Below are positions 1-9,942 of a stretch of DNA of 64,000 nucleotides, one piece after another. Where the stretch lies: NCBI GenBank assembly GCA_965199855.1, contig OZ241326.1, forward strand, positions 1,856,001 to 1,920,000, written 5' to 3'. Position 1 is the stretch's first letter; every line of letters starts with the position of its first letter. Source of the stretch: a bacterium (GTDB lineage Bacteria > UBA8248). Both the position numbers and the translations under genes were made by a program. The notes below the pieces were generated by a model. It searched no databases. It was not told the origin of the DNA and worked only from the letters and a program-made list of their open reading frames with translations.

Positions 1-846
1 ATCCGCGTCGCGTCGGAGGGGTTCGCGGTCGAGGGCGCGCCCGCCGACGCCGAGAAGGCGCGCCTGTTCCTCGATGAGCTCATCGACTGCCTGGACGAGG
101 GGATTCGCTTCGATTCGCCGAGCGTCAGGACGCTGGCGCGGACAGTGGCGGCGGAGGCCGGCGTTACGCTTCGCTCCCTGGCGGCGGATCGGATATCGGG
201 GCTGTCGAAAAAACGCTGCGTGGTTCCCAAGGGCCCCGTCCAGAGTCGATACATACGGGCGATTCGGGAGAAGGGCGTAACGTTCGGAGTCGGGCCGGCC
301 GGGACCGGGAAGACCTATCTGGCCATGGCCATGGCGGTTTCGGGGCTGCTGGAGAAGGCCTACGCCCGCATCGTGCTGACGAGGCCCGTAGTGGAGGCGG
401 GGGAGAAGCTCGGATTCCTGCCCGGAGACCTGCATGAGAAGGTGAATCCGTATCTCCGGCCGCTGTTCGACGCCCTGAACGACATGGTGGACTTCGACAG
501 GGTGGAGCGCTTCATTCAAAGGGGCGAGGTCGAGATAGCCCCGCTCGCCTACATGAGGGGCCGTTCGCTGAATGATTCGTTCATCGTCCTGGACGAAGCC
601 CAGAACACGACGCCCGAGCAGATGAAGATGTTCCTCACCCGCCTCGGCGCGGGCAGCAAGGCGGTGGTTACGGGAGACATTACCCAAATCGATCTGCCCG
701 AAGCCTCCGGGTGCGGGCTGATTCACGCCCGGGACGTTCTCAAGGACGTCGAGGAAGTCCGCTTCATCCATTTCAGCGAGCGGGACGTGGTTCGCACGCA
801 ACTGGTGAGAAAAATTGTCTCCGCATACGAGGCCCATAGCCTGTAG
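1..846 (+). CDS. phoH: PhoH-family ATPase (5' end outside window)
   Basis: Frame 1 is open from base 1. Motifs GPAGTGKT, LTRPVVEAGEKLGFLPG, MRGRSL and LDEAQN are typical of PhoH/YbeZ. Confidence 0.93.
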   Translation: MRVASEGFAVEGAPADAEKARLFLDELIDCLDEGIRFDSPSVRTLARTVAAEAGVTLRSLAADRISGLSKKRCVVPKGPVQSRYIRAIREKGVTFGVGPAGTGKTYLAMAMAVSGLLEKAYARIVLTRPVVEAGEKLGFLPGDLHEKVNPYLRPLFDALNDMVDFDRVERFIQRGEVEIAPLAYMRGRSLNDSFIVLDEAQNTTPEQMKMFLTRLGAGSKAVVTGDITQIDLPEASGCGLIHARDVLKDVEEVRFIHFSERDVVRTQLVRKIVSAYEAHSL

Positions 847-945
847 GCGATTTCTCCGAACGGGACGCTCGCGCCGCCGGGGCTTTCCCGCGCCATCGCC
901 GCGTCCAAGTTCCTTCCTCGTCGAGGGATTCCGGGGGCTGATCGC

Positions 946-3432
946 GTGATTCATCGAACCGGCGGCGGGAGAACGGCCGGAAAGACCAGAAACATTTTCC
1001 TGCGCCTGCTCGCGCGCGCGGGACAGCGGCTCCTGAAAGCCGCTTTCGCGTTCACCCAGGCGCGCGCGTATCCGTGGATTCTGGGCGCGGCGATCGCTCT
1101 CGCGCTCTCGTTTCTTCTCACGATAGACGTTTCGGGGCCTCGCGTTTCCTTCGAGGCGGGCGACGTCGCTCCCAGGGACGTCAAGGCGCCCCGGAACATG
1201 CGCGTGGCGGACCCCATCGCCACGAACGCGAAGCGGCAGGCGGCCAGAGAGAAAGTCCTGCCGCGCTACGACATCGACACCCAGCTCCCGAAGGTCGTCC
1301 TCGCCCGGCTGACCGGCGCGTTCGAGGCCGTCCAGCGGACGATAGACAAGGAGCTGGAGAGGGTGAAGAGCGCGCAGCTGGGCAGGCGGGCCAAGCAGGA
1401 GGGCCGGACGCTCCTCTCCGAGTCGGAAGCCTACCGCGAAATGTATGCCGCCCCGGCGTACGTCGAGGCGGAGAAGGCGTTTCACAACCTGGTGGGCGGC
1501 TCGGTTCCCGATGAATTGTCGGCCTGGTTCAGGAGCGAGAGATTCGCCGGCTGGATTCGGGACGCCGCCGCCGCCCTGCTGAAGGTGGCGTTTTCACGCC
1601 AGATCGTGAGCGACAAGCAGCTATACGCCACCCACGCGGCGAAGGGCGTTACGGCGCGAGACATCCGAACGGGGGAGCGCGTCTCCGTAAGTCCGGCGAT
1701 GAATCCCCTGGAGCTCAGGCAGGTCGGCGAGCTTCTCAGGCGCGAAGCCCGAAAGATGCCCCTTCAAGCCCCGCGCCGAATCCGGGGCCTGCTCGTTCCC
1801 CAGATCCTGAAAATGATTCAGCCGACCCTGACGTTCAACAACAGGGCGACGCTCGAGAGCAGGGAGAAGGCCGCCGCCTCCGTTCCGCCCGTCTCCGAAA
1901 TTCTCAAGCAGGGAGAGATGATTGTCCGCGAGGGCGAGCGGGTGAGCGAGGCGCAGATTACGAAACTCAAGGGGCTGGAGGAAATCTACCGGCAAAGCCG
2001 CGTGCTCGACAATTTCGCGGGAACGGCGCTGGTGGTGTTCCTCCTGCTCATCCTGGCGTGGAGCTGCGTCCGGAAGTATGACGCGAGCTTTTTGTCCTCG
2101 CAGAAAAACGTGGCTCTTTTCGTCATCCTCCTCCTGAGCCAGGCCGTTTCGCTGAAGCTGGGCATTCTCTTCTCGCAGGTGCTCCATGAGACATTTCGCG
2201 GGGTTCCGCTGCAGTCGTTCTACTACGTCGTTCCCTTCTGCTCGGCCTCCCTTCTCGCGGCCGTTCTCCAGGGGCGCTCCGCCGCGGTGCTGATGGCGGT
2301 CTTCTCCGCCGTTCTCACCGCCCTGATTCTGCCGGGACACGTGCATTTCAGCCTCGTGGCCCTGGCGGGCGGCGTGGTCGCGGCCATTCGCTGGAAGGAG
2401 TATCGGCGCAGGACGTCCGTGCTCATCGCGGCGCTCATCCTGGGCCTGCTGGGCGCCGCCCTGGCCCTGGGCTTCAACATGCAGGAGGGCTTCCGGACGG
2501 CGGTCGAGCGGTGGGCGGAGATTCCCATCGCCCTGCTGGGCGGCCTCTCGAACGTCATCATCGTGGCGGGGGCCATGCCCCTGCTGGAGTCGGCGTTCAA
2601 GCTCACGACCGACATGCGCCTCCTGGAGCTGGCGGACCAGAACCACCCGCTGCTCCGCAAGATGGTGGTCAGCGCGCCGGGCACCTACCACCACAGCCTT
2701 CTCGTGGGGAACCTGGCGGAGGAGGCGTCCGACGCGATCGGGGCGAATCCGCTCCTCACCCGCGTGGGCGCCTACTTCCATGACGTGGGCAAGATGATGA
2801 AGCCCGAGTATTTCATCGAAAACCAGGGAGAAAAGAACCGCCACGACAGGCTCAGGCCCAACATGAGCGCGCTCATCCTGATCAGCCACGTGAAGGAAGG
2901 CGTCGAGCTTGCCCGAAGCCACAAACTGCCGAAGGAAATCATCGATCTGATCCGGCAGCACCACGGCACGGCCCTGATTCGGTTTTTTTACGAAAGGGCG
3001 AAGGAGCGGAACGGAGGCGACGTGAGCGAGGAGGCCTTTCGCTATCCGGGGCCGAGGCCGCAGACGAGGGAGGCGGGCATCCTGATGCTGGCCGACATGG
3101 TGGAGGCGTCGGCGCGCTCGCTCTCGGAGCATTCCCTCGGGCGCCTGAGCGGGCTGGTCGAAAGAACCGTCCAGAGCGCCTTCGTGGAGGGGCAGCTGGA
3201 CGACTGCAGCCTCACGCTCAAGGATTTGAGCAGCATCCAGGACGCCTTCATGCGCGTTCTGGTCGGCATTCACCACCACCGGATCCACTACCCGGAGCGG
3301 GGAGCCGCTCCCAGGAAAGGGGCCGCGAATGGAGGTCCTCATCAAAAACGCGCAAAGGCTGCTGGCGCTGAACCGCAAGGCGCTGCTGCGGCGCCTGGGG
3401 GTCATCGGGAAAGCTATTCGATGCGAGGATGA
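946..3432 (+). CDS. 7TM-HD phosphohydrolase (HDIG domain; PgpH-like cyclic-dinucleotide phosphodiesterase family)
   Basis: Large extracytoplasmic domain, about 7 hydrophobic helices, then APGTYHHS, YFHDVGK, QHHGT and LADMVEA. Sits in the usual phoH-HD-ybeY order. Confidence 0.88.
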   Translation: MIHRTGGGRTAGKTRNIFLRLLARAGQRLLKAAFAFTQARAYPWILGAAIALALSFLLTIDVSGPRVSFEAGDVAPRDVKAPRNMRVADPIATNAKRQAAREKVLPRYDIDTQLPKVVLARLTGAFEAVQRTIDKELERVKSAQLGRRAKQEGRTLLSESEAYREMYAAPAYVEAEKAFHNLVGGSVPDELSAWFRSERFAGWIRDAAAALLKVAFSRQIVSDKQLYATHAAKGVTARDIRTGERVSVSPAMNPLELRQVGELLRREARKMPLQAPRRIRGLLVPQILKMIQPTLTFNNRATLESREKAAASVPPVSEILKQGEMIVREGERVSEAQITKLKGLEEIYRQSRVLDNFAGTALVVFLLLILAWSCVRKYDASFLSSQKNVALFVILLLSQAVSLKLGILFSQVLHETFRGVPLQSFYYVVPFCSASLLAAVLQGRSAAVLMAVFSAVLTALILPGHVHFSLVALAGGVVAAIRWKEYRRRTSVLIAALILGLLGAALALGFNMQEGFRTAVERWAEIPIALLGGLSNVIIVAGAMPLLESAFKLTTDMRLLELADQNHPLLRKMVVSAPGTYHHSLLVGNLAEEASDAIGANPLLTRVGAYFHDVGKMMKPEYFIENQGEKNRHDRLRPNMSALILISHVKEGVELARSHKLPKEIIDLIRQHHGTALIRFFYERAKERNGGDVSEEAFRYPGPRPQTREAGILMLADMVEASARSLSEHSLGRLSGLVERTVQSAFVEGQLDDCSLTLKDLSSIQDAFMRVLVGIHHHRIHYPERGAAPRKGAANGGPHQKRAKAAGAEPQGAAAAPGGHRESYSMRG

Positions 3433-3811
3433 CTGGCTGAGCCTCGCGCTCACGCGGGACGGGGCGATGCGGGCGCTGAACGCCCGCTACCGCGGAGAGG
3501 ACGAAGCGACGGACGTGCTTGCCTTCCCGCCGCCGGACTCTCCGGCGGCCTCGGCGGAAGGGGAAGGAGGGAGGAGGGCGTTTCTGGGCGAGGTGATCAT
3601 CTCCGCCGACGAGGTGCTTCGCCAGGCGCGGGCGGAGGCGGTCGATTGCGGAATCCTGGCGGACCGCCTCCTCGTCCACGGCCTTTTGCACCTCAAGGGG
3701 TATGATCATCACACGAAAGCGGAATCCGCCCGGATGCGAAAAGAGGAAAAAAGGGTGGCCGGGCTCTTCGACGAGGGCTGGCTGCTCCCGCGCGGGGCGC
3801 GGACGCGCTGA
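3329..3811 (+). CDS. ybeY: rRNA maturation endoribonuclease YbeY
   Basis: LNARYRG..TDVLAF and HGLLHLKGYDH metal-binding motif. Confidence 0.92.
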   Translation: MEVLIKNAQRLLALNRKALLRRLGVIGKAIRCEDDWLSLALTRDGAMRALNARYRGEDEATDVLAFPPPDSPAASAEGEGGRRAFLGEVIISADEVLRQARAEAVDCGILADRLLVHGLLHLKGYDHHTKAESARMRKEEKRVAGLFDEGWLLPRGARTR

Positions 3812-3901
3812 GCGGAAGCGTTCCGACGGCGCCGAGGGACGTCCCGCGGCCAATTCCGCCCTGATTCCGCGGCGCCGACATTCATCGGACCTGGTGGACG
3901 C

Positions 3902-4300
3902 ATGGGCAACCTTCGACTCATCGCCGGCCTGATTCTCGCGCTGGCCATCACGAGCTTCGGCGTCGTCAACATGGAGCCGGTGACGGTCGCCTACTATCGG
4001 GGCAGCGTCCGCCTGCCCCTTTTCTACGTTCTGCTCGCGGTCTTCGCGGGCGGATTCATGGCGGCGTGGTTCGGCGGGGCGTTCGACAGGCTGAGGTTCA
4101 GGAGCGAAATCGGAAAACTGAAGCGCGAGGCGAGAACGCTGAAGATCAGCCTGGACGAGGCGCGCGAGAAGGGCGGCAGGCTGCTCGCGGCCGAGAATCC
4201 GGCGCCCGAAGAAGCCGCGGCCGCCCCGGATGAGCGCGCGCCGCAAGCCGCCCCCGCGTCCCGGACGAGCGCGCCCCCCCGCGAACCAAAGGCGGAGTAG
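3902..4300 (+). CDS. lapA: LapA-family (LPS assembly protein A) membrane protein
   Basis: Two TM segments around N.EPVTV..Y..LPL, followed by a coiled coil. Confidence 0.65.
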   Translation: MGNLRLIAGLILALAITSFGVVNMEPVTVAYYRGSVRLPLFYVLLAVFAGGFMAAWFGGAFDRLRFRSEIGKLKREARTLKISLDEAREKGGRLLAAENPAPEEAAAAPDERAPQAAPASRTSAPPREPKAE

Positions 4301-4302
4301 GA

Positions 4303-6984
4303 ATGTCCCTCCCCGAAAGCGTTCTCCACCCGGCGGGAAAGAAGGAAAAAAGCGCGCCCCGGCCCAGGGGGCGCGGCCCGTCCCCGGCGATGCGGCAGTA
4401 TCTGGAGATGAAAAGGCGCTATCCGGACGCGCTGCTGTTTTTTCAGATGGGCGATTTTTTCGAGATGTTCTACGAGGACGCGGAGCGCGGGGCGAAGGCC
4501 CTGGAGCTCGCGCTGACGTCGCGCCAGAGCGACGCGCAGGGGCCCATCCCCATGTGCGGCGTGCCCTGCCATTCGGCGTCCTCCTACTGCGGGCGGCTCC
4601 TGGAGGCGGGCTACAAGGTCGCCGTATGCGAGCAGGTGGAGGACGCGGGAGAAAGCAGGGGAATCGTGAAGCGCGAGGTGACCCGCGTTCTGACCCCGGG
4701 CACCTCAATCGCCGACCTCGAGCTGCTGGACAGCAAGGAATCCCAGTATCTGGCGGGGATCGTCGCGTCGGCGGGAGAAGAGGGCGCGCTCTGGGGGATG
4801 GCGTGGCTCGACAGTTCGACCGGCGAGTTTTGCGCGACCCAGGCGGCGGGCGAGTTCGCCGTGACGCTCATCGCCAACCAGCTGGAAAGGATCGCTCCCC
4901 GCGAACTCATCCTGCCGGATGATTTTTCCCCCTCCGATGAACTGAAAAGCCGGATAGCGGAACTGGGAATTCACGTCGAGAAAAGGCGCGCCGACGCTTT
5001 TCAGGCGCCGCGTGACTTCCGGGACACGGACGCGGCGCTTCCCGATGAGGCGAGCGCGCTGGCGAATCCGGCGGCGGCGAGCGCGGCCATGGGCGTCATG
5101 GGGTATCTCAGGGAAAACCAGCCCGGCGACTTTCCCCATCTCAAGCCCGTGTCCTTCTCGCGCCTTTCGGACGCGATGATTCTCGACGCGGCCACCCTGC
5201 GAAACCTGGAGATCGTCCATTCGGCCGCGGATCGAGGAAAAAAAGGCTCCCTGCTCGGCCTGCTGGACGAGACGCTCACGGGCATGGGGGGGCGTCTGCT
5301 CAAAAAATGGCTGCTCTCGCCCCTGATTCAAAAGGAGCCCGTTGATTATCGCGCCGCGGCCGTGGGGGAACTCGTGGATGGTTCTGAAATCCGCGAGGCG
5401 CTGAAAAGCGCCATCGAGCCGATGCAGGACATCGAGCGCCTCCTCGGCCGCGTGGGCTCCCGGACCGCGAACGCCAGGGACCTGGCGGGGCTGGGCGCCT
5501 CCCTGGCGATGCTTCCGCAGGTGCGGGAGGCCATAGGCGAGGCGGAGGCGGAGCTGTTCCGCGGCGTGTCTTCGGAGTGGGACTCTCTCGAGGACGCGGC
5601 GGCGGAGCTCCTGAGCGCGCTCGTGGACGCGCCGCCCGCCTCGATTCGGGAGGGAGGCATTTTTCGCGATGCCTACGACCCCGAGCTCGCCCGCTTGCGA
5701 AAAGCGCAGAGCGAAGGCGACGCGTGGCTGAAAAGCTATGAAAGCGGGGAGAAGGAAAGAACCGGCCTGCCCCTCAAGATAGGCTTCAACCGCGTTTTCG
5801 GATACTACCTCGAAATCTCCAGGCGCTTCAGCGACAAGGCGCCCCCGGAATACGCGCGCAAGCAGACCCTCGTCTCCGCCGAGCGATACGTTACCCCCGA
5901 GCTCAAGCGGATGGAGGAGGACATTCTCGGGGCGGAGGAGAAGGCCCATCAGCTCGAATTCATGCTCTTCGGACGCCTGAGAGCGAAAATAGCGAAGCAG
6001 GCGAAGCGCATCCTCGCCGCCGCGGAAAGGATAGCCCTTCTCGACGCCGTCCTGTCGCTGGCGGCCGTCGCGCGCAGGCGCGGCTACGTCCGCCCGGAAA
6101 TAACGAACGCTCCGCATCTCGAGATCATCGAGGGGAGGCATCCCGTCATGGAGGCGGAGCGCCCCGACCTTCCTTTCGTGCCGAACGATTTGTCCATCGG
6201 CGGCGAGCGGCAGATACTCATCATCACGGGGCCGAACATGGCCGGAAAATCCACCTATCTGCGCCAGGCGGCGCTCATCGTCCTGATGGCGCAAATCGGC
6301 AGCTTCGTTCCCGCCAGGAGCGCGAAGGTCGGCCTGGTGGACAGGGTATTCACCAGGGTCGGCGCGCATGATCGGCTTCTGGAGGGGCGGAGCACCTTCA
6401 TGGTGGAGATGGTGGAGACGGCCGCCATACTGCGGGAGGCGACGCCGAGAAGCTTCATCGCGCTGGACGAGGTGGGACGCGGCACGAGCACGTATGACGG
6501 CGTGAGCATCGCGTGGTCGATTGTGGAGTATCTCCACAGCGAGGCCGCCCACAGGGCGAGAACCCTGTTCGCGACCCATTACCATGAACTGGCCGAGCTT
6601 GCGAAAGACCTCGAGCGGGTGAAGAACCTGACGGTGGAAGTCCGCGAATGGGGCGATGAAATCGTGTTTCTGCGAAAAGTGGCCGAGGGCAGCTGCGACA
6701 GGAGCTACGGCATTCACGTGGGGAGGCTGGCGGGGCTTCCCGACGCGGTCATAGAGCGCGCGAGGGTTTTGCTCTCCGGGTTCGAGAGCGCGGAGACCAA
6801 GGCTCATTCCGGCGGGGAGGACGGCGGTTTTCCGGAAAGCGCCCGCCGAAACGGACAGCTGCCCCTGTTCTCGCGCGAGAAATCGCAGGTCGAAAAAGCG
6901 CTTGAAAGTCTCGACCCGGACGCCATGACCCCGCGCCAGGCGCTGGAGGCCCTCTATCAGCTCAAAAAGGGCGCGGGAGAATAG
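4303..6984 (+). CDS. mutS: DNA mismatch repair protein MutS
   Basis: MRQYLEMK, GDFFEMF, TGPNMAGKST, STFMVEM, DEVGRGT, ATHYHEL. Confidence 0.97.
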   Translation: MSLPESVLHPAGKKEKSAPRPRGRGPSPAMRQYLEMKRRYPDALLFFQMGDFFEMFYEDAERGAKALELALTSRQSDAQGPIPMCGVPCHSASSYCGRLLEAGYKVAVCEQVEDAGESRGIVKREVTRVLTPGTSIADLELLDSKESQYLAGIVASAGEEGALWGMAWLDSSTGEFCATQAAGEFAVTLIANQLERIAPRELILPDDFSPSDELKSRIAELGIHVEKRRADAFQAPRDFRDTDAALPDEASALANPAAASAAMGVMGYLRENQPGDFPHLKPVSFSRLSDAMILDAATLRNLEIVHSAADRGKKGSLLGLLDETLTGMGGRLLKKWLLSPLIQKEPVDYRAAAVGELVDGSEIREALKSAIEPMQDIERLLGRVGSRTANARDLAGLGASLAMLPQVREAIGEAEAELFRGVSSEWDSLEDAAAELLSALVDAPPASIREGGIFRDAYDPELARLRKAQSEGDAWLKSYESGEKERTGLPLKIGFNRVFGYYLEISRRFSDKAPPEYARKQTLVSAERYVTPELKRMEEDILGAEEKAHQLEFMLFGRLRAKIAKQAKRILAAAERIALLDAVLSLAAVARRRGYVRPEITNAPHLEIIEGRHPVMEAERPDLPFVPNDLSIGGERQILIITGPNMAGKSTYLRQAALIVLMAQIGSFVPARSAKVGLVDRVFTRVGAHDRLLEGRSTFMVEMVETAAILREATPRSFIALDEVGRGTSTYDGVSIAWSIVEYLHSEAAHRARTLFATHYHELAELAKDLERVKNLTVEVREWGDEIVFLRKVAEGSCDRSYGIHVGRLAGLPDAVIERARVLLSGFESAETKAHSGGEDGGFPESARRNGQLPLFSREKSQVEKALESLDPDAMTPRQALEALYQLKKGAGE

Positions 6985-7015
6985 GAAGCGCGCGGCGGGA
7001 GAATGAAAAAGGGTA

Positions 7016-7675
7016 TTGAGGCCTTTCGTTTTATCGGCTAGAATGGAACTTAAAGCCCGGGGAGAACTTATGTTCTCTATGATTCGGAAAACACTTGTTC
7101 TGGGAAAATCGACCGCGGCGCTCTGCGCGCTGTTTCTTCTGGCGGGGCCGGCGCTCCCCGCCCACGGCGCGCAGGGAGGAATTCGCGTGGAAGACATTGT
7201 CGTCGTCGAGAAAAACGGGGAGTTGCTCGTTTTTGGTTCGTTCCGGGGGGCGTTTTCCCAGAAACTTCTGGAAGCCATCCACAGCGGCGTGCCGGCCAGG
7301 TTCATCTTCGACGTGAGCCTGCTGCGCTCCCGCAGGCTCATTCGCGACGCGGCGGTCTTCTCGCGGCAGCTGCATTATCAGGTAACATACAGCGCCTTGA
7401 AGAAAACCTATACTTTCCTTCTGGGCGAGGGGGCGAAAAGCATCGAGAAGAAGGTGACGAAGAGCAGGGATGAAATGATTGACTGGATGCGCGAGCTGAA
7501 CGGCGCGCCCATCGCTTCCGGCAAGGCGCTGGCCCCGAGCGAGCGGTATTACGTCGGAATCAGGGCGCGGCTGGGTTCCGTCGAGCTGGTATTCCCCTTT
7601 AATTACCTGCTCGATTTCCTGACGAAAAAATCCGACTGGAGCTATTCGCCTCCCTTCGGCGTGAAAGGAATGTGA
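7016..7675 (+). CDS. Exported DUF4390-like protein (true start probably ~7070)
   Basis: Signal peptide and EAIHSGVP..F motif. Lies immediately upstream of ntrY, where DUF4390 genes usually occur. Confidence 0.6.
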   Translation: MRPFVLSARMELKARGELMFSMIRKTLVLGKSTAALCALFLLAGPALPAHGAQGGIRVEDIVVVEKNGELLVFGSFRGAFSQKLLEAIHSGVPARFIFDVSLLRSRRLIRDAAVFSRQLHYQVTYSALKKTYTFLLGEGAKSIEKKVTKSRDEMIDWMRELNGAPIASGKALAPSERYYVGIRARLGSVELVFPFNYLLDFLTKKSDWSYSPPFGVKGM

Positions 7676-9942
7676 ACTTGGACGCGGCGCGCCCCGGCTA
7701 TGGGAAATCCGCTTCGAGGCGGCGAAAGACCGTTCTGCGCTCTTTCATCGGGCTGATTTGCGCCGCCGCGCTTTCCCTCACGGCCTGGATTTCCTTCAAG
7801 GAGGTCGAGCCGGGAATTCCTCTCCTGAACAACATCGTCGTATTCGCGCTCGTGAACCTGAGCGTCATTCTGCTCCTGGTGGTCGTTCTCCTCGTGGCGA
7901 AGAACCTGATGCGCCTGTATTACGAGAGAAACCTGGCCGCCGGCGGTTCGCGCCTTCAGCTGAGGCTCGTGGCGGCTTTCGTCGGATTCGCGCTCATTCC
8001 GATCGCGGCTCTTTTCGTGGTGGCGAGCGGCCTGATCAACCAGAGCTTCAACGCCTTGTTCAGCGTGAAGGTGGAGAGGGCGCTGAAAGGGTCGTTCGAG
8101 GTGGCCCAAACGTATTACCGCGAACTGGAGAAAGACGCGCTCTCCAACGCGAACCGGCTCGCGCTCATGCTGGCGAATGCGCGCCCCGAAGCGAGAGAGA
8201 ACCCCGGGACGATCGGGAAAATGCTGGAGGCGGAGAGAAGGAATCTGGGGGCCGACCTCATCCAGCTCTACGACCGGGAGCGGAGGGAAATCGCATCGGC
8301 GAGGCGTCCGGCGCTGGCGAAGGCCGCGGCGTTTTCGCCCCTGGTGGGATACATGGATCAGGTGATCGACGGAGCCTCGCTGTCGAGCGTGGAGAACTGG
8401 GAAAAGGGCGACGCCATCCACGGCGTGGCTCCCCTGAAGATTGAAAAGAAGGTGGCGGGGTTCGTCGTCGTATCCAAATACCTGTCCGACCGGCTCGTCG
8501 ACGAGGTAAAGGCCATATCGGATTCCTTCGTGGACTATAAGGCCATGGAGCTCTCCAGGACGCCGCTCAAGGCGAGCTACATCATCACGTTTCTGGTGTT
8601 CGCGCTGCTCATCTTGTTCGCCGCGATATGGCTTGGCCTCTACCTCGCTCGCGGAATCACGGTTCCCATCGAAAAACTGGCGGAAGGCACCCGGGCGGTG
8701 TCGGCCGGCGATCTCGATCACCGCGTGGACGCGCGGGCGGACGGCGAGGTGGGCATTCTGGTCGAAGCGTTCAACGACATGACGGCGGAATTGTCGACCA
8801 ACAGGGAGAAAATCGAAGAATCCGCCGAAACCCTGCGCCGCTCCAGCGTGGAGATCGACCAGAGGCGCAGATACATGGAGGCGATGCTCGAGAACATCGG
8901 CGCCGGCGTGATATCGATCGACCGGCGAGGGCGGGTCGCCATCTTCAACAAGGCGGCCGGAGACATTCTGGACATCAGGCCGGAAAACGCGCTTGGGCGA
9001 TCGTTCGGCGATGTTTTCGAGAGAGGCCATCTCGATCCCGTTCGCAAGCTGATGCGCTCCATGAGAAGCCGCGAGCGTGAAAGCGCCTCGGCGCAGGTGG
9101 AGGTGCTGGTTCGCGACCGTCTGCTGACGCTGCGCGCCAGCCTGACGCTGCTCCGGAGCGCGGACGCCGGCAGGCTCGGCGCCGTCATCGCGTTCGACGA
9201 CATGACGGTGCTGATGCGCGCCCAGAAGGCGGCGGCGTGGCAGGAGGCGGCGCGGGGCATCGCGCACGAGATCAAGAATCCCCTGACGCCGATTCAGCTC
9301 TCCGCGCAGAGAATGCGAAGGAAATTTGAAAGCGGCGCCTGCGATTTTCCCGACGTGTTCGAAGCCTGCACCGACACCATCGTCAGCCAGGTGCAGGGCC
9401 TGGAGGAAATGGTGAACGAGTTCAGCCGCTTCGCGCGGATGCCGGAGCCGAGGCTGAGGCTTTGCGAGTTCGAGCCTCTCATCGAGGAAGTTGCGAATCT
9501 GTATCGCGGCGGGAGGGAAAGCGCGCAACTTTCCGTTCAGCTTCCCGCCGAGAGCGCGACCATCCTGGCGGACCCGGAGCAGCTGCGGCGCGTGTTCATC
9601 AATTTGCTGGAAAACGCCTTCGAGGCGCAGGAGAGCGAGGGCAAGATAGACCTTCGGGCGTGGATCGATCAGGAGAGGAACGTGGCGGTCGTTGAAGTCG
9701 CCGACCAGGGCGCGGGCGTATCCGAAGGCGTGAAGGACCATATATTCTCGCCCTATTTTTCCACGAAAAACAGGGGGTCCGGCCTGGGTCTGGCCATTTC
9801 CCACCGCGTCGTGTCCGATCATCACGGAACCCTGGGCCTTCGGGACAACCACCCGAGGGGTTCCGTTTTCCGGGTGACGCTGCCGCTGTCGCCCGCCGCG
9901 GACGCCGCGCCCGAGAGGCGAAGGACGGCCGCCATTGGATAA
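7672..9942 (+). CDS. ntrY: NtrY-family sensor histidine kinase (TM-HAMP-PAS-HisKA-HATPase)
   Basis: AWQEAARGIAHEIKNPLTPIQL H-box, NLLENA, DQGAG, GSGLGL. Confidence 0.9.
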   Translation: MNLDAARPGYGKSASRRRKTVLRSFIGLICAAALSLTAWISFKEVEPGIPLLNNIVVFALVNLSVILLLVVVLLVAKNLMRLYYERNLAAGGSRLQLRLVAAFVGFALIPIAALFVVASGLINQSFNALFSVKVERALKGSFEVAQTYYRELEKDALSNANRLALMLANARPEARENPGTIGKMLEAERRNLGADLIQLYDRERREIASARRPALAKAAAFSPLVGYMDQVIDGASLSSVENWEKGDAIHGVAPLKIEKKVAGFVVVSKYLSDRLVDEVKAISDSFVDYKAMELSRTPLKASYIITFLVFALLILFAAIWLGLYLARGITVPIEKLAEGTRAVSAGDLDHRVDARADGEVGILVEAFNDMTAELSTNREKIEESAETLRRSSVEIDQRRRYMEAMLENIGAGVISIDRRGRVAIFNKAAGDILDIRPENALGRSFGDVFERGHLDPVRKLMRSMRSRERESASAQVEVLVRDRLLTLRASLTLLRSADAGRLGAVIAFDDMTVLMRAQKAAAWQEAARGIAHEIKNPLTPIQLSAQRMRRKFESGACDFPDVFEACTDTIVSQVQGLEEMVNEFSRFARMPEPRLRLCEFEPLIEEVANLYRGGRESAQLSVQLPAESATILADPEQLRRVFINLLENAFEAQESEGKIDLRAWIDQERNVAVVEVADQGAGVSEGVKDHIFSPYFSTKNRGSGLGLAISHRVVSDHHGTLGLRDNHPRGSVFRVTLPLSPAADAAPERRRTAAIG

